From positions 900,001 through 932,000 of the forward strand of contig NC_007517.1 of assembly GCF_000012925.1 (NCBI RefSeq): 32,000 nt of DNA. The letters are read 5' to 3'. The notes under the pieces were generated by a model, which ran no database searches, was not told the origin of the DNA, and worked only from the letters and a program-made list of their open reading frames with translations. Shown here piece by piece: positions 15,283 through 24,112 of the stretch; within the stretch, counting starts at the first letter, position 1; every line of letters begins with the position of its first letter. The DNA comes from Geobacter metallireducens GS-15. Its GTDB lineage: Bacteria > Desulfobacterota > Desulfuromonadia > Geobacterales > Geobacteraceae. The position numbers and the translations under genes are program-made.

Positions 15283-17355
15283 ATGTTTGTCCATGATTCG
15301 TCACTGTCTTTCGTTGAGGCTGAGGAGGCCGATGTCGCCGCCGTCCACCGTTCATTGGGGTCGGCCTCCGCAGCCCCTGAAGGGATATCCCCCCGCCCGT
15401 GCAATGCATATGTTTGTGCCATTCAACGCAAAGGGCTGACCCGTGTCTACGTAGTCCTTGAACACGCTGACCGGAGGGGACGCTGGGTTTTTGCCTCGCC
15501 CAAGGGTATCCCGGTGGGTGAGGCATATCTCCCGCTTCTCAAGGAAGGACTGGCCTTCGCAACGTCGCTCGGGTTCACCATGCAGGAGGTCAATCTCAGC
15601 TATGGCAAGGCGATGCGGGAAGTGGTCATCCGCGATATCCCGGTCCTTCGCCGCCCGTCCGCCACGGGACCGGCGAGCGCCGATGGGGCAAAGGATGCTC
15701 CCGGCGATGCAAAGAGAGAGGCGGCTCCGAAGGAGAACAAGGAGGAGCCCCCCCCTGCGGAAAAGCGGGAAGAGAAACCTTCGCCCAAGGACGAGAGCGA
15801 AGCAACGGCTTTGGCAGACCGCCTTGCCGCCGAAAAGGCCGCAGCGGAGCGGGAGTCGCGGGAGCGCTTTGCGGAGCTCAAGGCCCGCGTCGATAGTCTG
15901 TTTGCAGAGCGGAAGGAGCAGGACGCCGCCATGGCGGCCCAGGAAGCGGCCCTGCAGGGTGAAATTGCGCGCTTGACCGCGGAGAAGGAGGAGGCCGGCC
16001 AGGAGCACGCCCAGGCAACAGCTTCCCTCCGGAGCACGGTGGAACGTCTCAAGGGAGAGTTGGAGGCCTTGGGGAAGGGGGGATCGTCGGCTGCCGCTTC
16101 CCTGCGGGATGAGATTGCCTGGCTGAAGGCCGAGAAGGACAAGGCCGGCGAGGAAACCGCTCGGGAGGAAGAGCGGTTACGCGCGGAAGTGGATAAACTT
16201 GCCGCAGCGCGGGATAAGGGGGCAAGCGCAGCGGCCAAGCGGATTGAATCCCTCACGACGCGGCTGGCCGACCTTGCCACGGAACAGGCAACTGCCGCCA
16301 AGGGGAATGCGGCCAGGATCAAGGAGCTTGAAGCCGAGGCGGAGCGGCTGACGGCCGAGATTGCCTCTGCCGAAAAGAAGGCCGCGGCGGACATTGCCGC
16401 TTTGGAGGCGGTGATCGAGAAACGGGCGGCGGAGAAGGAGGCGGCCCGTAAGCTGGCAGTCGACCGGCTCGTTCGGCTGGCCGCCGAGGTCGAGGTTCTT
16501 GTGGCCGAGCGGGAGGCCGTCGAGCAGGTTATCTCCCGGAAGGGGGGCGGCGAGATGGCGGGAGCCCTGGCCCGGGCCGAGGCCGAAGCGGCAACCCTCA
16601 GGAGGGAAATCGAACGGCTGGCGGCGGAGAAGACCCTTGCTACGCAGGCGAGCACCGCGCGGGTTTCGACCCTTCAGGCTGAAGTCACGCGGCTTGCCTC
16701 CCAGGGAGAGCCCCCGGCTTCGGCGCGCCGTGGCCACGGGGAGCAGGTCAAGCATGAGCCCGAGAAGCCGGAGTCGGTTATTGCCGCGACAGGAGAGGCC
16801 GCAGCGGCTTCGGAGGCGTCAACGTCGGTCGATTGGGACGATGAAGTGGCCGCTGTCGTGGGAGAGGTCCTTGCGGAAGGGCAAACCGATCCCTTCAGCT
16901 TCATGGGGGAAGGGGAGGAGTTCGTTTCGTTCGGCGCCGCCGGTGGAGGAGGGGACTCCGGGGCGGGTGTGGGGTTCAGTCTCGACAAAGGGCTGGAAAC
17001 GATCGAGTACGACGGCCCGGCGGATGTTATCGAGGTCCACAACTCCCTCAACGTGGTCAACATCACCCCGGCGGGGCACACTCCCCAGCCCTGCGGCGCC
17101 TATATCGTTGCCCTCAAAAAAAGAGAGTGTTTTCGAGTCCACGTGGCCTGGAGCCTCACCGCCGACCACTCCACCCTTGTCTACTCTCCCGAGAAGCAGC
17201 CGGCGGATGCCGGCGAGTGCGCCAAGGTGGTGCGGGACGCCCTGGCCTTTGTGGAAACCGTCGGCTTCATGATGGACACGGTCCGGCTGAACCCCGATCC
17301 GGACAAGCGCGGAAGGGCTCTGGCGAAGATTCCCGTCCTCCGCCTGAAGCGGTAG
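15283..17355 (+). CDS. Large coiled-coil protein with homologous N- and C-terminal globular domains (no family recognised)
   Basis: The frame is open from 15163. ATG 15283 is preferred (AGAGG lies 6 nt upstream, and the N-terminus then aligns with the start of the C-terminal repeat copy). ATG 15247 and 15163 are alternatives. A weak promoter-like TTTGCC-17-TAGAGT (15162-15190) would exclude 15163. The Ala/Glu/Lys/Arg-rich heptad-like region spans about 15800-16705. Stop TAG is at 17353-17355. Confidence 0.75.
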   Translation: MFVHDSSLSFVEAEEADVAAVHRSLGSASAAPEGISPRPCNAYVCAIQRKGLTRVYVVLEHADRRGRWVFASPKGIPVGEAYLPLLKEGLAFATSLGFTMQEVNLSYGKAMREVVIRDIPVLRRPSATGPASADGAKDAPGDAKREAAPKENKEEPPPAEKREEKPSPKDESEATALADRLAAEKAAAERESRERFAELKARVDSLFAERKEQDAAMAAQEAALQGEIARLTAEKEEAGQEHAQATASLRSTVERLKGELEALGKGGSSAAASLRDEIAWLKAEKDKAGEETAREEERLRAEVDKLAAARDKGASAAAKRIESLTTRLADLATEQATAAKGNAARIKELEAEAERLTAEIASAEKKAAADIAALEAVIEKRAAEKEAARKLAVDRLVRLAAEVEVLVAEREAVEQVISRKGGGEMAGALARAEAEAATLRREIERLAAEKTLATQASTARVSTLQAEVTRLASQGEPPASARRGHGEQVKHEPEKPESVIAATGEAAAASEASTSVDWDDEVAAVVGEVLAEGQTDPFSFMGEGEEFVSFGAAGGGGDSGAGVGFSLDKGLETIEYDGPADVIEVHNSLNVVNITPAGHTPQPCGAYIVALKKRECFRVHVAWSLTADHSTLVYSPEKQPADAGECAKVVRDALAFVETVGFMMDTVRLNPDPDKRGRALAKIPVLRLKR

Positions 17356-17387
17356 CCGGGCATTATGACCGCTCTCCGGATTTCCTG

Positions 17388-17416
17388 TTTACACAATCCC
17401 GCCACTTCGCTAGAGT
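17388..17416 (+). promoter_or_regulatory. Candidate sigma70 promoter for qor-like gene
   Basis: TTTACA (17388-17393), 17-nt spacer, TAGAGT (17411-17416). Confidence 0.3.
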
Positions 17417-17463
17417 TGCCGGATTGATTTTGTCAGCTATCCAATGCAAGGAGGAAAAGGCGT

Positions 17464-18450
17464 ATGAAAGCAGTTCTGCTCAATGGTTTCGGCGGTCTCG
17501 ATGTGCTCACGGTGGGGGAGGTTGAGAGGCCGAAACCGGGGGAGGGGCAGGTTCTTGTGAAAGTGGTGGCAACGTCCATCAATCGTCCGGACCTGGTGCA
17601 GCGGGAAGGGAAGTATCCCCCTCCGCCGGGCGATTCTGAGATCCTGGGGTTGGAGGTTTCCGGCACCGTTGAAGAGTTGGGCCCCGGCGTGACCGGCTGG
17701 CAGGTGGGGGACCGGGTCATGACGCTGGTGGGTGGCGGCGCCTACGCCGAGTATGCCGTGGCCTACGCCAGTCACCTGATGCGGATCCCCGAGTCCATGA
17801 GCTTCGAGGAGGCGGCCTGCGTCTGCGAATCGTGCATCACGGCGTTTCTCAACGTCTTCATGATCGGCGGCCTCAAGGACAACAACACCGTCATCCTCCA
17901 CGGCGGCGGCGGGGGGGTAAATACCGCCGGCCTTCAACTCTGCAAGGCCCTGGTTCCCAATACGAAGATCATCGTCACCTCCCATCCGAGCAAGATGGCG
18001 CGGGTGAAGGAACTGGGCGCCGACCTGGTCATCGACTTCACCCAGACCCCCGATTTCTCGGAGGCGGTGAAGGAGTTCACCAACAAGAAGGGGGCTGACG
18101 TGATCCTCGACCATGTGGGGGCCAAGTACCTGGCGCCCAACATGAACTCCCTGGCCTATGCCGGCCGCCTCGTCATCATCGGGGTCATCAGCGGCATCAA
18201 GGCGGAGTTGAACCTGGCCCTCATGATGGTGAAGCGGCAGCAGATCATCGGTTCCGTGCTCCGCTCCCGCCCCGTGAAGGACAAGGGGGAGATCGTTGCC
18301 GAGTTCACCAGAACGGCGCTGCCGAAATTCGCCGACCGGACCATTGTCCCCATCATCGAGAAGGTGTTCACCATCGACCAGGTGGTGGAAGCCCACCGGA
18401 TGATGGAAGAAGACAAGCACTTCGGGAAGATCGTGCTGAAGATATCGTAG
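17464..18450 (+). CDS. qor: NAD(P)H:quinone oxidoreductase, zinc-independent medium-chain dehydrogenase/reductase family
   Basis: SD AAGGAGGA lies upstream of ATG. N-terminus MKAVLLNGFGGLDVLTVGEVERPKPGEGQVLVKVVATSINRPD and EGKYPPPPG are typical of Qor/PIG3-type MDRs. The nucleotide-binding glycine motif is ILHGGGGGVNTAGLQL. Confidence 0.9.
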   Translation: MKAVLLNGFGGLDVLTVGEVERPKPGEGQVLVKVVATSINRPDLVQREGKYPPPPGDSEILGLEVSGTVEELGPGVTGWQVGDRVMTLVGGGAYAEYAVAYASHLMRIPESMSFEEAACVCESCITAFLNVFMIGGLKDNNTVILHGGGGGVNTAGLQLCKALVPNTKIIVTSHPSKMARVKELGADLVIDFTQTPDFSEAVKEFTNKKGADVILDHVGAKYLAPNMNSLAYAGRLVIIGVISGIKAELNLALMMVKRQQIIGSVLRSRPVKDKGEIVAEFTRTALPKFADRTIVPIIEKVFTIDQVVEAHRMMEEDKHFGKIVLKIS

Positions 18451-18463
18451 GGTACACGACACA

Positions 18464-18498
18464 GGAAGGGGCGCGGCGAACGGCGCCCCTTTCCTCTT
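18464..18498 (+). terminator. Terminator-like hairpin after qor
   Basis: AAGGGGCGC (18466-18474) pairs with GCGCCCCTT (18483-18491) around an 8-nt loop. A T/C-rich tract TCCTCTT follows. Confidence 0.5.
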
Positions 18499-18512
18499 GG
18501 GGAGATGACGCC

Positions 18513-20366
18513 ATGACGGTACCGCAATCGATCACGGAACTGGATCTCAAGAACCTCACGAATCGCACGTTTCACCCTTCGCCCGTGGCCTGGGAAGACC
18601 AGGTGCTCTACTTTCTCCTGCTCGACCGCTTTTCCGACGGGAAGGAGACCGGATACCGCGACAACCGGGGGAGGCGGGTCGCGAAGGGGGAAACGCCCCT
18701 TTACCAGCCAGGCGACGCGGGGAATGCCATCCGCACCGAGCCCGAGGCTGCCGTCTGGCGCGAGTCGGGGAGCCGCTGGTGCGGCGGAACCCTGAAGGGG
18801 CTAGCCAGCAAGATGGGGTATCTCAAGCGCATGGGAGTGACCGCCGTCTGGGTCAGCCCCCTCTTCAAGCAGTGCTCCTTCGTCCCTACCTACCACGGCT
18901 ACGGCATCCAGAACTTCCTCGAGGTGGACCCCCATTTCGGCACCGCCGACGACCTGCGGGAACTGGTCCATGTTGCCCATGCCAACGGCATCTACGTCAT
19001 CCTCGACATCATCCTGAACCACGCCGGCAATATCTTTGCCTACGACCGGGGCTATACCCCCTATGACGGCTCCACCGTCTACCCGGTGACGGGGTTTCGC
19101 TCCGCCGACGGCACGCCGAACCTCCCCTTCGGCCCCATCGATACCAAGGCCAACCCCGATGCCTGGCCCGATGGCGCGGTCTGGCCCCGGGAGCTTCAGG
19201 CGGCCAACGCCTATACCCGCATGGGCCACATCCGGGATTGGGACAGCTACCACGAATACCTGGACGGTGACTTCTTCGACCTGAAGGACATCCACCTGGG
19301 TGAGGGCGAGGTTGATGCTTTCCGTCCGTCGCCGGCACTCCTGGCCCTCTGCGAGGTTTACAAGTACTGGATTGCCCTCTCCGATGTGGACGGATACCGC
19401 ATCGACACGGTGAAGCACATGGGTGCCGGGGCCACCCGGTTTTTCGCCTCGGTGATCCACGAGTTCGCCCAGGCCATCGGCAAGGAGAACTTTTACCTCA
19501 TCGGCGAGATCACCGGCGGCCGCGACAATGCCTTCAACACCCTGGCGACCACCGGCCTCAACGCGGCACTCGGCGTGGACGACATTCCGCTGCGCCTTGA
19601 GGACCTGGTGAAAGGGAGGGCAAACCCCGCCGACTACTTCAACCTCTTCCGCAACTCCCTCCTGGTGCGGAAGGAGTCCCACGTCTGGTTCCGGGACAAG
19701 GTGGTGACGGTCATCGACGACCACGACCAGGTCTGTCGGGGGGCCAAGAAGGAGCGTTTCTGCGCCGGCGATCCCAAGTGGCGCCGGCTCGTGCTGAACG
19801 CCCTGGCCCTGAACACGACCACCCTCGGCATCCCCTGCGTCTACTATGGCACCGAGCAGGCCTTTGACGGCGAGGGGGGCGATGACCGGTATCTGCGCGA
19901 GTGCATGTTCGGCGGTCCTTTCGGCGCGTTCAGAACCCGGGGCGTCCAATTTTTTGACGAGGAAAACCCGGTCTACCGCGAGTTCGCGAAGATTCTCGCC
20001 CTGCGCCGGGAGAAGCTCCCCCTGCGGCGCGGGCGCCAGTATCTGCGGGAGATCTCGGGGGACGGGGTCACTTTCGGGCTTCCCTATGTCATCGGGGGCG
20101 AGATTCGCTCGGTGGTCCCCTGGTCCCGCATCTTTGACACCGAAGAGATGGTTCTTGCCATCAACACCGATGCCGACTCCCCCCGCACCGCCTGGGTGCT
20201 GGTTGACGGGAGCCTCCACCGGGAGGGTGACCGCTTCGCCTACCGCTACTCCACCGATCCGGGGCAGGTACGCGGAACAACCGCTGTCCAGCGGATCAAC
20301 GATGCCGTTCAGGCGATACAGGTGACGGTTCCCGCAGCCGGTTTCGTGATGCTTGAACAGCGATGA
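18513..20366 (+). CDS. Alpha-amylase family glycoside hydrolase (GH13), cytoplasmic
   Basis: The four GH13 conserved regions are present: DIILNHAG, GYRIDTVKHM, LIGEI and VIDDHD. No signal peptide is visible. Confidence 0.9.
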   Translation: MTVPQSITELDLKNLTNRTFHPSPVAWEDQVLYFLLLDRFSDGKETGYRDNRGRRVAKGETPLYQPGDAGNAIRTEPEAAVWRESGSRWCGGTLKGLASKMGYLKRMGVTAVWVSPLFKQCSFVPTYHGYGIQNFLEVDPHFGTADDLRELVHVAHANGIYVILDIILNHAGNIFAYDRGYTPYDGSTVYPVTGFRSADGTPNLPFGPIDTKANPDAWPDGAVWPRELQAANAYTRMGHIRDWDSYHEYLDGDFFDLKDIHLGEGEVDAFRPSPALLALCEVYKYWIALSDVDGYRIDTVKHMGAGATRFFASVIHEFAQAIGKENFYLIGEITGGRDNAFNTLATTGLNAALGVDDIPLRLEDLVKGRANPADYFNLFRNSLLVRKESHVWFRDKVVTVIDDHDQVCRGAKKERFCAGDPKWRRLVLNALALNTTTLGIPCVYYGTEQAFDGEGGDDRYLRECMFGGPFGAFRTRGVQFFDEENPVYREFAKILALRREKLPLRRGRQYLREISGDGVTFGLPYVIGGEIRSVVPWSRIFDTEEMVLAINTDADSPRTAWVLVDGSLHREGDRFAYRYSTDPGQVRGTTAVQRINDAVQAIQVTVPAAGFVMLEQR

Positions 20367-20403
20367 CATCTGCTGATGTCGTGGCGGCGAAGGAGGTGTC
20401 GTC

Positions 20404-20871
20404 ATGGCCCATACTTTGCTGTGTGAACCAAGTTCTACATTTCAATTCAGGGAGAGCTGCATGTGGACCGATGATCTGGCAGTGGGGATCGATGAAATTG
20501 ACAGCCAGCACAAGGCGCTGTTCGAGCAACTGGATAAGCTTCTGGACGCATGCGTGGCCGGGGGGGAGCGGGAAGAGGTGGTGACCATGCTCTGCTTCCT
20601 CGATCAGTACGTGGTGGCCCATTTTTCCGCCGAGGAGAAGCTGCAGCAAGAGTACGGCTATCCCGGCTACGAGAAACACCGGGCCGAGCACGAAGAATTC
20701 ATGCGGCGAATCAACCGTTTTGTGGAAGAGGTGGCCGCCGCGGCCCCGACTCGGGACCTCGTTCTCAGGGTGAACCAGACGCTCATTGACTGGCTCAAGT
20801 TCCATATTCTCGCCGTGGACAAGGAAATGAGCGAATTTCTTCTCAAGAAAATGCGTTGCAATCCGATATAG
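20404..20871 (+). CDS. Bacteriohemerythrin (hemerythrin-like metal-binding protein)
   Basis: The family-typical N-terminus MWTDDLAVGIDEIDSQHKALF starts at ATG 20461 (SD GGGAGAG). An upstream in-frame ATG 20404 has a stronger SD (AAGGAGG, 7-nt spacer) and adds 19 aa. His/Glu/Asp ligand motifs are present (HFSAEE, HRAEHEEF, WLKFHILAVD). Confidence 0.85.
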   Translation: MAHTLLCEPSSTFQFRESCMWTDDLAVGIDEIDSQHKALFEQLDKLLDACVAGGEREEVVTMLCFLDQYVVAHFSAEEKLQQEYGYPGYEKHRAEHEEFMRRINRFVEEVAAAAPTRDLVLRVNQTLIDWLKFHILAVDKEMSEFLLKKMRCNPI

Positions 20872-20927
20872 TTAACCGGGGGAAGCATCAGCTTTCCAGT
20901 CAATCAACCGGAACGGTGGGGGAAGGT

Positions 20928-21263
20928 ATGCCAGAATTTTCAGATGTACCGCGGGATATGGACGTGTTGGACTCGATTCTGTCCAAAGAAACAAAGAATG
21001 GATTCCTCGTCGACGTGCGCCTCGTGAAACGGCCACGCCAGTACGAGGCGGCCCTGTTCCTGAACGGCAAATACAAGCCGGGACCGCCGGTGCCGCGTCC
21101 CCTGGACAACCCCACGACCGATGCCTCCCACTGGATGGGGGTGAGGCCCAGCGTCGGGTTCAGCCCGGAGGAGGCCGATGCCATCACCGACGAGGTTATG
21201 TCCCAGAACAGGCTTCGCCGCCTGACGTTCACCGACCGATGGGGCAGGGAATACGACGACTAA
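20928..21263 (+). CDS. Hypothetical protein (111 aa)
   Basis: ATG 20928 follows SD GGGGGAAGG. Codon bias is coding-like. No family was recognised. The track ORF start at 20856 overlaps the hemerythrin gene end and lacks an SD. Confidence 0.55.
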   Translation: MPEFSDVPRDMDVLDSILSKETKNGFLVDVRLVKRPRQYEAALFLNGKYKPGPPVPRPLDNPTTDASHWMGVRPSVGFSPEEADAITDEVMSQNRLRRLTFTDRWGREYDD

Positions 21264-21285
21264 CGTTCTCCCGAGGTCACACGAC

Positions 21286-21325
21286 AAAAAGCGGGACTCC
21301 GGCGCACTGCCGGGTCCCGCTTTTT
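21286..21325. terminator. Bidirectional Rho-independent terminator between convergent genes
   Basis: In AAAAAGCGGGACTCCGGC...GCCGGGTCCCGCTTTTT, GCGGGAC(T)CCGGC pairs with GCCGGGTCCCGC (12 bp, one bulge). An A-run and a T-run flank the stem. Confidence 0.8.
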
Positions 21326-21350
21326 GTTGCCCGCAAACGACCCCACTAGC

Positions 21351-21941
21351 TCACCCCGGCGGGTTGAGCCGCTCCGCCATCGCCAGGTAGTCCTCCCACA
21401 CATCCATGTCCATGACCACCCCCTCGTCGGCCACCGGCACCAGCCGAACCTTGTCGCGGTGCCGTCCGATGATGTCCCGCAGGGTGGCCACCTGGCCAAT
21501 CTCCTGGAGGATGGCGGCGGGGAAGAGGGTCGGGTGACCCTTCGCACCGTCGTGGACCGGAATGAGGATGGCGTCTGGCTCCTCTCCGTGGCGGTTCACG
21601 AGGGCCCGTACCGTGTCGGGCCTGACAAGGGGATGGTCGGCCAGGGCCACGAGAACTCCCGTCGGATCCGATATCAGCCGGGCAAGGCCCGTTCTGGCCG
21701 AGTCGGCCATGTCACAGGAGTCTGATTCATTAACGGCCACCACGACGGGGTAGCGGGAAACGGCCGCGGCAACCTCGTCTCCACCGGGGCTGACCACGAC
21801 GATGATCTCCTGCAAGCCGACGGCGGTGAGGGTGTCGAGGCAATGGGCCACGGCGGGGCGGTCGGCAAGCTGCAGGAGTTGTTTGCAGAGTCCCATCCGT
21901 TGCGACTTGCCGGCAGCCAGAAGGATTGCGGCGACGTTCAT
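21351..21941 (-). CDS. mocA: Molybdenum cofactor cytidylyltransferase (MobA-like NTP transferase)
   Basis: N-terminal [17 protein letters not shown] nucleotide-binding motif. The protein is 196 aa. The start overlaps the upstream stop (ATGA at 21938-21941). Confidence 0.85.
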   Translation of the reverse strand: MNVAAILLAAGKSQRMGLCKQLLQLADRPAVAHCLDTLTAVGLQEIIVVVSPGGDEVAAAVSRYPVVVAVNESDSCDMADSARTGLARLISDPTGVLVALADHPLVRPDTVRALVNRHGEEPDAILIPVHDGAKGHPTLFPAAILQEIGQVATLRDIIGRHRDKVRLVPVADEGVVMDMDVWEDYLAMAERLNPPG

Positions 21942-24112
21942 GTCTTGCCCGTTGCAGCCAGAACCCGTTCCGGCGTCATCGGCAGGGTCCGCAGGCGGGC
22001 TCCGGTGAGGGCGAACAGGGCGTTAGCCACGGCAGGAGCCACTGGCGGGACTCCCGGCTCGCCGATCCCTCCCGGCTTCTCCCCGTTCCGGACAATGTGG
22101 GTCTCCACCCGGGGCATCTCATTCATCCGGATGATGGGGTAGTCATGGTAGTTGGACTGCTCCACCCGGCCGTTCTTGAAGGTGATGGCTCCGTGAAGGG
22201 CCGCCGAGAGGCCGAAGGCGATCCCCGACTCCATCTGGGCCTCGATGATGCCGGGATTCACGAACCGGCCGCAATCCACGGCGCAGACGACCCGGTGCAC
22301 CCGGATTTCTCCTTTCGCACCGACCGATACCTCTGCCACCTGGGCCACGATGCTCCCGAAGGACTCATGGACGGCGATTCCCCGTCCCCGCCCCTCGGGC
22401 AGCGCTTTTCCCCACCCAGCCTTTTCCGTAGCCAGGTCCAGGGCTCCCACGAGTCGCGGATGCTTCCCCAGGAGTTGCCGGCGGTACTGATAGGGATCCT
22501 TCCCCGCCAGGTGGGCAAGTTCGTCGATGAAGCTCTCCTTCACGAAGGCGGTGGCCGAATGCCCCACCGACCGCCACCAGAGGACCGGCACTCCGGCCGG
22601 CGCCATGTGGTAGTCGCAGAGGAAGTTTGGCACCGCGTAGGGTGAATCGGCGGCCCCCTCCACGGAGGTGTCGTCGACGCCGTTTTTCACCATTCCCTTC
22701 TCGAAGGGGGTGCCGATGGCGATGGACTGGCAGACGATCCGGTGTTTCCAGGCAACGGGCATTCCGGCGGCGTCAAGGCCGGCGGAGAGCTCGTTATGGA
22801 AAGTGGGGCGGTACCAGCCGCCGTGGATGTCGTCATCCCGGGTCCAGACCACCTTCACCGGCTTGCCCATGGCCTTGGATGCCTGCACCGCTTCCCGCAC
22901 GAAGTGGGAATCGGGGACTGCCCGCCTCCCGAACCCGCCCCCCAGGAACATGGTGCGGAGGGTTATCTTCTCGGGGGGAAGGCCAGTGATCTTTGCCGCC
23001 GCGTTCCGGTCCCCGGTCTGCATCTGGGTGCCTGTCCAGATGTCGCAGCGGCCGGGCTCCACCCTCGCCACGCAGTTCAAGGGCTCCAGAGGGGCGTGGG
23101 CCAGGTACGGGAGCTCGTAGACGGCGTCGATCCGCTTTACTGCTTGCTTCAGCGCGGCGTCCGGGTCTCCCCGGCGGGCAGCCACGGCTCCGGGGCGTTT
23201 TGCCATCTCCGCGTACTCATCCCGCTGGCGGCCGCTGTCGAGGCCTGCCAGGGGCCCTTCGTTCCATTCGATTTCCAGGGTCTCCCGTCCCTTGACGGCA
23301 GCCGGGAAACTCTCGGCAATGACCGCCACCCCCGCATCGATGGGGATCACCCTCTTCACTCCCGGCACCTTTTCCGCCTTGTCATGGTGAATCTTCATGG
23401 CCTTGGCGCCGAAGACCGGCGGCCGCGCCACCACGGCGGTGAGCATGCCGGGTATGGCGACATCGAGGCCGAAGAGTGCGGTGCCGTCCACTTTGGCAGG
23501 AGTGTCGAGCCGTTTGACCGGCCGGCCGATGACGCTGTAATCCTTGGGTGACTTCAGCTGCACCTCCGCCGGGGGCTTCAGCCGGGCGGCCCGTTCAGCC
23601 AGTTTCCCGTAGGAGAGGCGCCTGCCGCTGGCCTGATGGAGGACAAATCCCTTTTCGGCCCGGCACTGACCAGGCTTCACCTTCCAGGTTTCGGCGGCGG
23701 CAGCCACGAGCATCATCCGGGCCGTTGCCCCCGCTCTTGCGAGACGGTCCCATTCGGACCGCACGCTCGTGCTGCCACCGGTCGCCTGGATCCCCCACTC
23801 GGCGTGGTTGTAGGGCGGGGTCACCGGCGCCGCCTCAACCCGGATGGTGGCCGGATCCACCTCCAGTTCCTCGGCAACGATCATGGGAAGCGCGGTATAG
23901 ACCCCCTGGCCCATCTCCGACTTGTTGACGATCACCGTCACCGAATCGTCGGTGCCGATCCGGATGAAGGCGTCGGGAGCGAAGGTCTCGCGGGGGGGCT
24001 CCATGCCGGCGGCGGTTCCTCCCGGCAGGTGGACCCCTATGATCAGCCCGCCCCCCAGAACGATGCCTGCCTTCAGAAAATCACGGCGGCTCACGATGAC
24101 GATTCCGCTCAT
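21938..24112 (-). CDS. Molybdopterin-binding large subunit of a xanthine dehydrogenase/aldehyde oxidase-family enzyme (IorB-like), Tat-exported
   Basis: The preferred ATG 24112 gives [21 protein letters not shown], a twin-arginine motif SRRDFLK. This start overlaps the stop of the 2Fe-2S subunit gene (ATGA 24109-24112). The roughly 724-aa length and sequence are typical of IorB/PaoC-like subunits. Confidence 0.9.
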   Translation of the reverse strand: MSGIVIVSRRDFLKAGIVLGGGLIIGVHLPGGTAAGMEPPRETFAPDAFIRIGTDDSVTVIVNKSEMGQGVYTALPMIVAEELEVDPATIRVEAAPVTPPYNHAEWGIQATGGSTSVRSEWDRLARAGATARMMLVAAAAETWKVKPGQCRAEKGFVLHQASGRRLSYGKLAERAARLKPPAEVQLKSPKDYSVIGRPVKRLDTPAKVDGTALFGLDVAIPGMLTAVVARPPVFGAKAMKIHHDKAEKVPGVKRVIPIDAGVAVIAESFPAAVKGRETLEIEWNEGPLAGLDSGRQRDEYAEMAKRPGAVAARRGDPDAALKQAVKRIDAVYELPYLAHAPLEPLNCVARVEPGRCDIWTGTQMQTGDRNAAAKITGLPPEKITLRTMFLGGGFGRRAVPDSHFVREAVQASKAMGKPVKVVWTRDDDIHGGWYRPTFHNELSAGLDAAGMPVAWKHRIVCQSIAIGTPFEKGMVKNGVDDTSVEGAADSPYAVPNFLCDYHMAPAGVPVLWWRSVGHSATAFVKESFIDELAHLAGKDPYQYRRQLLGKHPRLVGALDLATEKAGWGKALPEGRGRGIAVHESFGSIVAQVAEVSVGAKGEIRVHRVVCAVDCGRFVNPGIIEAQMESGIAFGLSAALHGAITFKNGRVEQSNYHDYPIIRMNEMPRVETHIVRNGEKPGGIGEPGVPPVAPAVANALFALTGARLRTLPMTPERVLAATGKT

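Noticed and set aside
15352-17272. ORFs 15352-16008 (-), 15600-16655 (-), 16177-16755 (-) and 16499-17272 (+) inside the coiled-coil gene
   Set aside because: They arise from the repetitive GCN/GAG-rich coding sequence, in which every frame stays open. Their translations are Ser/Ala/Arg or Arg/Pro homopolymer-like. Only the + frame from 15283 gives heptad-like coiled coil plus two alignable globular domains.
13666-17355. Search for an MglA-like small GTPase or any P-loop NTPase partner within or beside the Roadblock module
   Set aside because: No GxxxxGK[ST] Walker A motif or DxxG switch motif was found in any frame-consistent ORF of the module or in its immediate neighbours. Absence is reported as a finding rather than a feature.
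912-20405. Other long antisense or alternative-frame ORFs from the track (e.g. 912-1598 -, 1725-2729 -, 3384-4613 -, 4820-5941 +, 10479-11657 -, 17437-18462 -, 18801-20405 -)
   Set aside because: Each overlaps a confidently identified gene on the opposite strand or frame. Their composition is R/G/P/H/L-biased with no motifs, no SD sequences and no independent support.
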